A DNA stretch of 64,000 nt, from contig CM114271.1 in assembly GCA_050084515.1 (NCBI GenBank), forward strand, positions 16,492,001-16,556,000, read 5' to 3'. A model generated the notes under the pieces. That model did not search any database. It worked only from the letters and a program-made list of their open reading frames with translations, and had not been told where the DNA came from. This DNA is from Blasia pusilla (Eukaryota). Shown one piece after another: positions 11,288 to 23,500 of this stretch. The position numbers and the translations under genes were made by a program. The first letter of the stretch is position 1. Every line of letters begins with the position of its first letter.

Positions 11288-13637
11288 AAGGAGATATCTT
11301 ATAGGGCAATAAGTCAATATTTTTATGGATAACTTGACTATTAACTTTGTGTGTAACACAAGCTCTACAGTAATTTGAAATTAACATGACATCCTCTTCA
11401 AATAAGCTTATTAGGGAACTCGAAAAGCACAAGATGATCATAAACTAGGTAGGATTATTAGAGATAATAGTGAGAGCTATAAACAACATAAGACAAAATT
11501 TGAGGTGTGTTGATGTTCATGGAGAGTCTTGGTGGAGGTTGCAACAACTAGGCAAAGTCCCAATGATAGTTTCTACAATGATGGTGGATGAAATATTTCA
11601 TCCATTCAAACACTTACTATTCAAACATTTATTTGTTTTGCGAACTACAAGGGCTTAGTAGTTTTTATGATTTGTAGAGTCCAACCTCTACTTCTCCTTG
11701 CTTCACCTTGAAGCACTCTCGACCTTGAACTTTGCAAGCGGAGGACTTAGGTTAAGCCCCAAAGACTCAACTGGTTGCACGTTTTGTAGGTAGCTCACAA
11801 AGTGTCAAATACTAATATAATGAATCGAGTCTCTTCAAGTATGTATTGCCTTTTCTGGAAGCCTCTTTCCTAAAATTTGATCAATCTCTCCAAATCACTT
11901 GCCTATATTGGAGCGCGTTCATTAATTTCTCAAGGTGCATCCTCTAGCTCAAACTTGAGACACCACCAAACGCACATAAGAATTAATTTACCGTTCAAGG
12001 ACTTGAGCAAGCAGGGAGGGAGAGTGTCCCCCTCCCTCCCCTATATGTACTTTTCTAGGGTTCTCTATGGAAATCATACCTTCCCCAATGCCCACATCTA
12101 GCCCTTGATTTTAGCCCTAAACCCAAATGTAGTTTGCGACCCACGAACCCACATTTGACTAGTTATCCAATGGTTTGGCGGAAGCTTCTTGCATATTCTG
12201 CAACTCTCGGATCCCCAAATGTATCTTGGAGATTGGATCCATATTTTATATGTCTCTAGTGTCCATCTCGACTCCCCGTTTGGTGTCTCATAGTCTCATA
12301 CTTGCCGTTCATTGCGTTTAGTGATTAGTCTCGTGGTGTCTCGCCCATCTTGACTACTCACATGTTCCTTGCTCCTCGCCTTGATTTGACGCTTGGCTTA
12401 AAGATCTCAAACCTTCCTTGCCCTGCCTTTTTCCTTGTGAGTAGCTATACCCCTTTCTCACCTAAGGCTAGTCACAAGACGCGTGCACATCTCGCCTAAC
12501 GTTAGTCTTGTGGTCGGTTTCGCCGCTCTAACTAGTCTAGCGACTAGTTAGTCTACATTTTGACTTTGGTGCGTCGCACCAAGGTCTTTTCCTCCTTGGA
12601 CCTGCGATCATGACTCGCTTTTTGGGTCTCCGCTAGCGTGGGGGCCATAGACTCAGTTATTTGTGACGCACCATATCTTATAATTTATATTGTTAAAGAA
12701 ATGTAACTTTTTAATTTTCAAAGAAATACCTCTATTCCCTACACATGGGAGTAGTGCCACATCAAGAAAAGATTTTTATAACACACGCATAAAGATTTTA
12801 AGAAAATAAGAATTTTGGACAACATTATTATCGGCCCATTGCATACCATGAGATGTGTATCTTTGTCAATCCTTTGAACAAAGGAAAGCTTCTTCACTTC
12901 CAAAAGCATCTTTATTTGCCATATGGAAACGGCCTACAAAGAATATTTCCACATCACGGACAATAAGAAAACATTTTTCCAAACAACATGCTCACTTCGT
13001 GCCATGGACGAAGTCCACATAAGTTAATTACTAATTATGATTATCCTCCGCATGACACAAGCCCGGGTTTTGATAAGTCTACACCCTACCATCACCCATT
13101 AGGAAAGTTTGCATGGTGCCCCGGCCTTTGAGAAAAAACAAATCTATCTTGTCGAATATTGTGGCTCTTAAAAATGTGCGCAGGATAAAAAGAAGTATAT
13201 TTTTCCAAAGTCGATTTTCCGAATAATTTATTTTTTTATTGAAAAAACGCGAGTCTGAGAATTTTTTCCCCGGCGTCAGCCAAGTCAATGGCATCGATCC
13301 CCGGCTACCGGTCGTCCGTGAATATATACCGACCGGAGTGTATTTGTTTTTGGAAAATGTTTTATATAATAAAAATATAAAAATAGCGTTGGATGGCGAT
13401 AAATGGACGGCGTTACGTGCGCCGGTGGAGTCTATCTCCACCTGGCGAACATTCTTCCGTGAACCCTCACGATTATAACGACTTTGACTAGAGAGAGAAG
13501 AGCGGTGAATACTGTATATACCAGTAAAAGAAGTGTTTTCCCGTGTGTTTTTAATCAAATAAGTTTAAAAACAGTTTTGTCTCAATAGAGGATATTTTAT
13601 TTAATTAAAAATGCGGAGGTGGAAGAAAAGGATCATA

Positions 13638-15292
13638 ATTGCCTCTCTTCGGTTTCTTACGAGGATTGGTGACCCTCAAGTCGCCTTCGGCATTCTCTCT
13701 TCTTGTTTTGCTCGTAGACCTGGTTACCTCACTAGAACTGTCTGGACATCTAGTCACCTTTCTTCCTATATAGATCCTTTGATAGGAAGCTCATGCAGGT
13801 GTTTGGGGATCTTCTAGGACCCGGCTCCTTAGAGTGCCCCATGGGGGAGTTAGCTCGTAGACAGGCCTCTTGGCCAATTTCTTTTGGTGGAGTAGGTCTT
13901 CTCTCGACCGAGTTAGTGGCGCCCTCCGCTTTTTTAGGGAGTTGGGCCATAGTGGCACCCCTCCTTTGCTCCCGATTTTTGGTTAGAGATAGACCGCTCC
14001 TTCTACACTACGTCTCCCAAATCGAGGATGGCTCTTTCCCACCGGTCTTCACTCACGGCTTGTAGAGATTCCTTCGAGTTGAGGCCGAGCCGTTCTCCCC
14101 ACTTTCTCCTCCTTAGTTACCTCCGGTCGCCTCGGGGCTCCAATCTTCCTTGATGGAAGCCCACTTTGAGGCAGTTTTTAGAGGCACTATGTCCGACGGG
14201 AATATCCCCATGGAGGTTAGGGCCCGATTCGCTCTTGCTCCGAAAGGGGTAGGCTCATGGGTAGGGGCGCGCCCCCTTCTCCAGGCTTTCCGTATCGCAC
14301 CACTTACCTATACCACAGCGATGCGGTTCCGCTTGGGCCTCCCCCAACCATCGGTGGTTGGTTCGACACACTGCGAGTGTCGCCGGAGCCTGGATCCACT
14401 TGGTGTGCATTTGGCACGCTGTCGATTGGGCTTGGGGTGAGGATAGCCACTCACGATGCAGTGCGGGATATCATGTTCAGTATTGCTCGGGAGAGTGGCT
14501 TCCATGTGCAGAGAGAGAGGCACTACTCCATGCGGGATTCCCTCATTCGTGCCGATCTCTACATGACACGTGAGGCTGAGGTGGTTGTGGCGGACGTGGT
14601 AGTCACAGATCCTACGCGGGAGGCAGTGCGAGCCCAAGTGGTGGCCCAAGGGCGAATGCTACAAGGAGCGGCGGCGGCGAAGAAGACACATATCTCTGAT
14701 CGACTACACGAGGGACACATCTTCATCCCCCCGCCATAGAGATGTATGGGGCTATGGGGGAGAGGTTCGACTTCGTTCTTACGGATCGCGCCCATCATCT
14801 CCACTCGAGAAATGGGTTGTCCTTAGCTCTCTGCGATTCTCAGATTGTAGGCAGCGGGTCTCCATAGCGTTGCAGCGTGCCCAGGCTAATGGGATTTTTG
14901 CGGCGGGCTCAGCGTGGGAGACGCGGCGCTAGAGGCCCACTTAGTAGTAGTCATAGCTCTCTTGTTGTTGCTGATATTGTCTCTGCTGTTGGTGAGTTTC
15001 GTCGTTAGGGGGGGGAATGCCCCCTTCTTCCTTTTCTGGTCCTGTTGTGGCCTTCAGGTTTTGACTCTTTGAGTCCCCCTCTTTTGTACTTCCGATGGGT
15101 TTTCCATCACTCGTTTTTATCGAAGTGCATCTTTGTTTATTGTTTCTTCCTTCCTCCCTCCCTCCCTAAGGGTAGGACTCGGGAGAGTGTGGCTCATGCA
15201 ATGCCCGTGCATCTCTCATCGGCTACAGCACCGCCGGTGAGCGGACCGTCCAATTACCGAGCGCCAATAAAGCCGATAATAATAATAATAAT
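13638..15292 (+). mobile_element. 5'-truncated non-LTR retrotransposon with restriction-like endonuclease (CRE-like), degenerate
   Basis: QASWPISFGGVGL..APSAFLGSW; RFRLGLP..CEC..H..C Zn finger; HDAVRD..E..RAD..D RLE motif; IALQRAQA; possible (AAT)n tail at ~15277-15292; boundaries approximate. Confidence 0.75.
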
Positions 15293-15830
15293 CAGGTGAC
15301 GTGAACTCACTTACCGGTGTGTGGAGCAATGATTATTAATCTCGGGCGAGCAATTAATTAGCTGGCGAAGATTGCTCTCTGCTTATGTACCGCCGTTAAC
15401 CCGAGCGCAGTGAGCGACGGTACTGCAGTTAGCTCCGCCTCGTTAAGAAAGAAAGAAAGAAAGAAGTGATCTAATCCGCCACGCGACGGCAGTCGGCCTC
15501 GCCTTCTTATCTGAGCAGCCAAGGGGCCGGTTTCGCCTCCTCTCGCTCGGTGCGGTCGGAAACCGCATCTCATTCCTTTCGTTGCTTTCCTTCCTGCGAC
15601 TGATAATATTCTTCGACGTCCTCGAGTCTAAGGCATTCTATTCCATTCCATTCCCTTATCAAAGTGCCCGCCCAACGATATTTTTCGCGCTGGGCATTGG
15701 AGGGTCGCTCGAATTGAGAAGGGCCGGGACTGCGCGGGGCGGTGTCCAATTGTAGCCGCTTGCTTGGCTTGGGGTCGTGCAGCGGTGTGGAGCGAGCGAA
15801 GCGGTGGGAGGAATTCGGAAGTGCGAGAAA

Positions 15831-16275
15831 ATGAGGAAGGAGGATACCGTGAAGCTGATCAGTGCGGAGGGTTTCGAATTTGTCATCGACCGCAAGGCCG
15901 CGCTCGTCTCCAATACCCTCAAAAACATGCTCACGTCTTCAGGTATTAGCCGCCGGGTTCCGAAGCCTGGATTTGTGTCCGTGTTATTTTCTGCTGCCGT
16001 TGATGCGGTGGGTGCTGGAGGGTTGCCGGTGTCAATTCCTTTGATCACCTTGCTGCTCTCGGAACTGCTGGCAAGCAGTCTCGGAGAGCTTTTCTCCGTG
16101 CAGTTCTGCCCTTGAGCGTTTCATGAGATCTTGGAGTTTGTCGACTTTACCAGCTGGGAGGTTTTCTTTCCTGTGGGTCGGATGCTTTCTCTTTCTTTCT
16201 CTCTCTCTGTTTGTGCCTCGCGGACAGCAAGGCACTCCATTCTCTCTCCCGATGTCTGTTGCGACTCCCCGTGGA

Positions 16276-16318
<43 letters not shown>

Positions 16319-17552
16319 ATGCCTTACGCGACAAGAAAACCCCAACTAGGTTCGGGTGCCGTAAGTGGCGCATGTAGCGGGTGAGAAGGGTGAAAAACTT
16401 TACAAAGTGGAGGTTTGGCAGGCGGTGATTGGGCAAGCAGATGACCTGCCCTCATTGCCTGGCTGCGTTTCAACTGCTGAGAAGAGAGAGAGAGAGGGAG
16501 AGGGAGAGAGAGAGTTCCTGATCCGTCCGTACTCGAGATTCGTTGTCTGGGTCGGCTTATGTGTTGTCGTCTATGAAAACGATTAGAGCAGTACCCGGCA
16601 ATCGAAGCTCCATAGACGAATTTCTTTCGTCAATTCAGCGAGATTACCTCTCGTGCACGTTCGCGTAATTCTGGTGGCTCATGGTCCTTTCGATCCCGTG
16701 GACTTTTCAATTCTCATTGATTCATAGATGCGGCAGTTTGCATCATGCGGGAGGACGTGGGGCTTGGCGTGTGGGTTGGCTATCGTCGTGCCGGCCATGG
16801 TCCGGTAGATCTCGTCGTCACCAGCATCTTGTCTTCTGACTCAAGACGCTCGACCGCTCTTATCAAGACGTCAGTAGTGGCGTCTTGATAAGAGCGGACT
16901 TCGAACTAGGGTCGGTTGTACATGCGCGAAAGAAATAGTGTTGCATCTTTTGTCTCCTGAAATGCAGCAACTGTTGGTTGTGAGGTTGAAGTTCCCCCCG
17001 TCTTCGTTTGGCAGGAAGCTTTACTGAGACGGAGTTGGGTGAAGTGAGGTTTCCGGAGATCAGCACACCCATTCTTGAAAAGGTTTGCCAGTATTTCTAC
17101 TGGTCTCTGCAGTTCGCCAGGTTTTTTACTCTTAACCTAGAAGTCCTCATTGTAATCGCTTGGACATTCCCTCTTTTTATTAACAGTCGTATATTGGAAG
17201 GGAGAACTTGCGAGCGCTTGATTTTGGCTGTTTTCTCGGAGTCGGGAGGGAGGGACGTTCAAAACCTTTGATACAATTCTTGTTGCTTCTAGATACGGGT
17301 ATCGACGGACTTAGATGGAGCCATTCAGCTGTTTGCTATCTATGCGCGTTGCACTCAATGTGGTCTTTTCAGAATTTTAATTTTCATGGATTGTAGCTTC
17401 TGAATCTGGTCGTCGTTACCATCATCACGGGCCTGAATGACGAGGGCGGAAAATGGCTGGAACTGTGTTGCAGTGGTAAGGAGACAGAGTTCCATATAGA
17501 ACCGGAAATCACCCTCGAGCTCATGATGGCAGCGAACTACTTGCATACTTAA
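15831..17552 (+). CDS. ELC1: Elongin C, 98 aa; exons 15831-15942, 17015-17120, 17474-17552
   Basis: GT-AG introns in matching phases give MRKEDTVKLISAEGFEFVID...LEKVCQYFYW...LELMMAANYLHT*. Confidence 0.96.
16278..16313. repeat. (TC)n microsatellite in Elongin C intron 1
   Basis: Direct reading. Confidence 0.95.
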
Positions 17553-20516
17553 GTGGAGTTCTGCTACGATTGGCAGGCTACGTGGATTTGGATCTGAACA
17601 TTCGCAGAATACTTCGCGCTCGACAGAGGGAGACACGGAGTTCTATCACCCTAGAGAAAAGCAGGTTTCACCATAGCTCTCGGTGTTTTCGATTCGAAAT
17701 TCTCACCCACCAGTCCTTTTCCGGCATGGCGCACACCGTTCTTGAACTGTCGATTCGACTCTCTCGGTTTGTCGGAGAACGTTTCGAGTTTCATCTTACA
17801 CGCGAGGTCGTAGTTAGGTCAGGTGGGCGTGTTGCTTCAAATAAGCACATTTCATTGCCGGCGTCTTCAGTTTCTTGTAACCGGAAACTTTGCAAGTTTG
17901 TATATAATTCCAATTTTGCGTTTGGACTTTGTTTTTCACGGCGCGTGATCCCCCCGATTTTTATTCGAGATGCAAAGAGTCGTTGCTTTCTTTTTGTGGA
18001 GAATATTTTCATGAGGAGTCGGTAGGCTGGAGCGAGGTGGAAAATGAATGACAATTAGTGTTCGTAACGCTCGGACCAATCCGAGACGTCGTAGACAGTG
18101 TAACACATGCAATTAAAAGTTGAGGCACATAGGAAACTTCTCCGCTAGATATGTAAGCAATTAAAGAAATCCGGTTCAGGATTCAATGTTGTCAGTACTG
18201 TTGTCTGCTAACATGGCAGAGTTAGTAGCATACAAAATTCGTGAGTGTAAATATTTTTTTAGCGAATGTTGCAGAACAGGCACACTGGTATTGACGATTG
18301 AATACCGAACGCCTAAACTTTGTAAAAGGTAATTTTCTTCTGAACGGGTAACTTCCATTAACGGCCAGTATCTTATGCGAAGACGAAAGTACGAGTGCTC
18401 ACTTCGCAGGCCTAAACAACGTGTTTTGGACGATTTTCATGCCCGACGACTTCCGTTCTGCATTTACTTGTGGATTTTTCCCCTAGTAGGAGCATCGTAG
18501 CATCTCGTACTGGGGAGCCGATCTTCGAAAGTTGGAAGAATGTTATCTCCCCCCGGTACACCGGTGCATCGTCCAGGTGAGCAGAAGAAATACGTCGTGA
18601 ACTATGATTATCATCTAATCGAGAATCTTCCCACGTTTCCAACGCGATCCTCGCACAGTCAGCCAGTACGGTGAAGGGCGAGAGAACCCATGGCCAAGCG
18701 CGGATAAAAATGTAACGAAAACATGTCTCCAACAGTAGAAGGTGAACAGTGGGAGATGTCGACAGCCGCACATAAATAGGCCATCCATCCTCTTTATCGG
18801 TCGAAAATACAGAGCGAAAGTGTCTTCGCCTTTCCAGGGGAGATGGAGTTTGACTACGATTCTCCTCAGACTCGACGACCACGATGCCACATAAAACCCA
18901 TTCGCCCTTCCCGCGAACCTCCAGTGTCCTGTTTGAAAGCAGTAATTGCTAAAAACACCTACGGAAATACTTACCCACCTATGGGCACATCTCACGATAA
19001 AGCATAGCAGCATGCATCGAGCAGGGAAGAGGAAGAGTTGCTCCGCTCAGCAGCACCATAGTCCAAGGTCTAGTAGCATGGACAGAACAAGGAAGAGGAA
19101 GAGTTGCTTCCATCAACAGCACCATAACTCGCGAAAGAATCTAGACACATGCATGCAGGGAAAGGCGAATAACAGAAACAACGTCTGACGCTCTCGAGAA
19201 CATCCAGCAGCCTCGGTGCACATCGTCGGGGCAGAGGAATTGTAACGGTTCAAATCCTCGTTGGCTAGCGCTACCCTTTCTGCAAATGCTCGTCGTCGCA
19301 GAGACAGGCTGCCAGATAGTATAGTATCCGATGCGTCTGCGGCTCGTAGGAGTCCATGGGGATGACGAGTATACACACGCGTAGACGCTGACGGACTGAT
19401 GCCGGAGGAGGAGACGACGAGTCTGTCTGTTTCCTTTTTCGTCGATGTGAGAGAGAGAGAGAGAGGATAGGAGCGCCAGTTGCCGAACGAATGCCGCCTC
19501 AGGATAGGTTCGCATCTTGTGTCGATCATCGACTGGCCCATGATCGGTTCTCTCTCTCACACACAGAGCACTGGCGGTTGTTTTCTGCCCGAGTCGTTGG
19601 AAACCAGGCCGGCCCCCACCGACTTCCTCTCCGTCTTTCGAATGCACCGCCTTCCAGTAAGTACACCACAAAACCGTGGCTTAGATACTTAAAGGTAATA
19701 ATCAATCGTATAGTTGAGAGGACGGAAGCTCTCTGACAGTGCGCACAGTCGTCATACGACTGACAAAATTGAAGTCTGGGAAGATATGGAAAAGCGGGTA
19801 CCAAGCAGATCTGTCTATAGCTAATCCTCGTGCTATAATACAGTTCACCTACTATAGTTGACATTAACATGCAGTGCCCATTCATTTGATGTGTGGCACT
19901 GTGTGCCTACCACACGAAGAATGAGGGTAAGATATATCGGATATCCTTCTGTGGACAGTGACAGCTTACCTAATAAAGGAACCTCACATGTGGAGAGCAG
20001 CTCCAAATAGTCCACCCCGGAGAAACGCTATGCTATTGGTTGCTTGTTTCTGCGAAAGAACTCGAATCGATGGGGAGCCATGCACACGTGACGAAGATGC
20101 ACCCTTCCCTTCGCAGTAATGCGTTTCTAGTTTTCGCAGAACATCCTGAAACATCGACAGGACTCAAACACGGACTCGCAACCGAAACGGACAAGATGAT
20201 CGCCATTATTATACATAGAATCTTTCGTACACATTAGGAGCTAGCACAATCTTCTCACGGACAATGAGAGCCTCTCACACGCTCCCTCGACAGCAACTGC
20301 AGGTCTTGGGAGTCAGGAATGGTCCAGATAGCAACAAATACTGGGGTTCCCTGGCACCTCTAGCTAACTGCCTGCCGTACTCAATTCTCAAGCGCCTGCA
20401 ATATCCTTGTGAAGGCCAGATTGAATGAATGAGAAGCAGGAGATCAATTGATGCTCAACCCCGTGACTGCCTATTCCGCCAAAACGATTCCGGGTTCCTT
20501 GAAACTACCGAAAACA

Positions 20517-23500
20517 CTAATCCTCAGCGAGAAACTCGAGCTTTTCCTTGATGATTTGACGATGTTCCTCTGTGAGTACAAAATCGTTTGCCATGATCCG
20601 TTTCCTCAGTTCCCACTTTTCGTTGTCACCTGCGACCTGCTCCTTGGCACCAGAAACTTGAGAGGCTCAGAAGACCGGTCTGAGGATTCCAAGTATCTGT
20701 TGCTACTGCCTTTGCTTGTGATACCATCCATACATTTCTTTCAAGGCTTCTTCACATTTGAAGAGTAAACAGGGATACGTCAGTGTCCACGAAAGAAAGG
20801 AGACAGATTCGTTACCTCCACAAAGTTGTTGATATGGCCATCTTTGTTGGGTTGAGTAAAGGGACAATCTGGATTGGTGCACCAGTTACCATCCACGATG
20901 AACTTGAATTCATACCTTCCAACCTGCAGCAAAATCAGAAACCCAGAATAAGGACGCTGCGCAGGCGCTGGCCCAAAAGTGAAAAAACGCGGCAGCCCGT
21001 AGTATAGTGTGCAGTGTTCGCTGTGGTTCACTTCGCATTACAAGGACAACCGAATGGTCACCATCCAATCGGCAGTAGAAACAGCAGCTTGTTCTCCATG
21101 CACCACGCTTCTGGTCGGAGTTTTCATGGGAAGCGTTGTCAAACCCATGACACTAAGTAACCAGTGATGCTAAGGAGTACCTTTAAATACATACACCTAC
21201 TTTCGTAATTCAGTGATAGCTATCCAGTGCAATTCTATAATAATCGAATGCAGAGATAGCTACTGCGTAACTTGGGCTCTATAACCAACCGTATCTAGTG
21301 ACGACCTTCTTCCAGTGCACAATCGGAAATGCCTTCCAAACTCGGCCCAAGCATACCATTACATAGATGAAAGGGAGAGCATCGTACTGGTAGTTCTCGA
21401 TCTAGATGCCAGTGTCCATCGTCGCCTTTTGTGAAAGCTACGCGCTGAATCAGTACCTCGTCAAAATCAACATTGACAGCATCAGTACCCATGGCAAGAA
21501 TCCCTCAGAGGGTAGCAATTAGGGGATGCACTCGTTTTGATATCTCAAACAGTTAGTCTCCCTTACTTGACAGATGGAAATCTCTGTTAAAATTGGCTAC
21601 CGTTCACTCGATCCTGCATTTCTGTTCTCTGGGGCAATGGCTCAGAAAACAGAGTCTTGTCATGAGGGCAGTACAGTACTCGGCATGGTGGGGTATGGAT
21701 CACAGCACCATAATTATCCTCATCCTTTCCACTCCAAGGAAATACTTCATCATTCCAGAGTGACCGTCAAAGTCGGAAGCAATGTAGAAATGCCAAAACT
21801 CCCTCCGGGATGTGTTTTGATAGATGGATAGACAAGCGGCAAACTGATTTTCTCATGTACTGTTACCACTCAGGCACCACACACAGCTAATTGCACGACT
21901 GCCTTCGCACCACAGACCACAATTACAAGATTTGTAGCTTTGAACCAAGTAGATTTTCCGAAAATCCCCAAGGTACATCTGACATTTGAGAGATCCCACT
22001 TTTTGGAACATAGAATTTCCTGAAGCGTGACTAGTGTAGAATCAACAACCATAGGAACACAAACAAGTAGCCAGCTTCTGACTATTTCTTTGCAACACTG
22101 GTTTAGATGACCGCCACTTTCCCCTAACGTAAGTCGTCGCCATTCTTTCAGATATCTGACGGTCTCTCGAGTTGATTGGCTACAGTACTTAGCATCTACT
22201 GTCACCACAGCCAAACTACAGATGGAAACATGACCACATGGCACCTGCCAATCCTACGCAGGCCCGAAACTTGTATCCACACACATAGCATAGAAGTAAT
22301 TATGCCTATCGTAATTCCTAGAAGTAATTCATAGAAGTGGCTTGTCGGGTTCACAGTGAACGCATGTGTGGGAAGGGCAAAGTAGGTGGCTGAGTCACAT
22401 GAACGCCCACAGTAGAGGAACATTTTGCACCAGCTCTTGACAGCACAGGGTTGACTGTACAACAAGCCCACCTTACATTGGACTTCTATGAATGGGCGTC
22501 TGTCAAAGCTCACCAAAGAAGTATCTGGGCGCAACAGAAACAAGAAGTTTCTGTTGCGACCAAATTCTGACTCAAGGAGGACCGCATCTCAAGTCTATCG
22601 ATTCTCCACCAAATAGTATTACACAGTAGGTAGGAAAATGTCAGGCGCCTTCCATCTAAAGCTGTAGTCTGTCTAATGCTGTAAGCTACTCTCGACATTA
22701 GAGCATAGTCCCCCGTGTGTGATACTCGGCCAAATTGGACAGTACTGCAAATTATTCTAGGCAACCGTCTTACAAAGTTTCCTACTGAAATCAACCCTCT
22801 CAGTAGTCCCTTTAGATCGAGCAATCTTCTGAACAAAATCCTTCTGTGAACAAAGTTGCCAGGACCGATTCCTCTCTCAGTCACTCCAAGACATGTCACT
22901 CCAAGCTCAAGAAATGATGTTCTATTTTGATAGCCATTTCTTGCAGGCACCTGTTTTTCAAGAACACCAAATATAGCCATGCTCGAATATCGTCAAGGAA
23001 GTATGCGCTCCTTGATGTTTGAATATCATAAGGTATGATATTTACTAAGCTATGGGGCCCTTGCTCATATGAGACACAGCAGGACACATATTTCTAACCG
23101 CTTGTCTTATAATGGAAGGACTTCATGTACTGCTTGATTTACCAAGAGCTTTTCAATTGAAGTACCTGGCTATATTGAAAAATCTCATCACTTTGTAGAT
23201 GATCAACTCTATCATCGAAGTGATGACGAACAATGAGTGAGTCCTCTTTAGTTCTCATTGCCCATCACGGATGATTGGATCAAAGAAAAGGGAGACCCGA
23301 ATATGTTAAACCTATGTAAATGTATCATCCCAGAATTTAACAGCTCTAGATAGGTGTGAACTCGAAACCATCGACGACAATCTGGATTAATGGATGACTT
23401 ACCTCATACCACCCAACGTCAAGTCCAGCAACCTCAACACTTTCTGCTGCACCTCTCCACCATGACAGACGTACTTTTTCTTTGGCATTCCCCGTCAACT

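Noticed and set aside
19000-19135. CAGGGAAGAGG resembling the miR408 complement; possible miRNA locus
   Set aside because: The match is only about 11 nt and belongs to a ~66-bp direct tandem repeat; no fold-back seen
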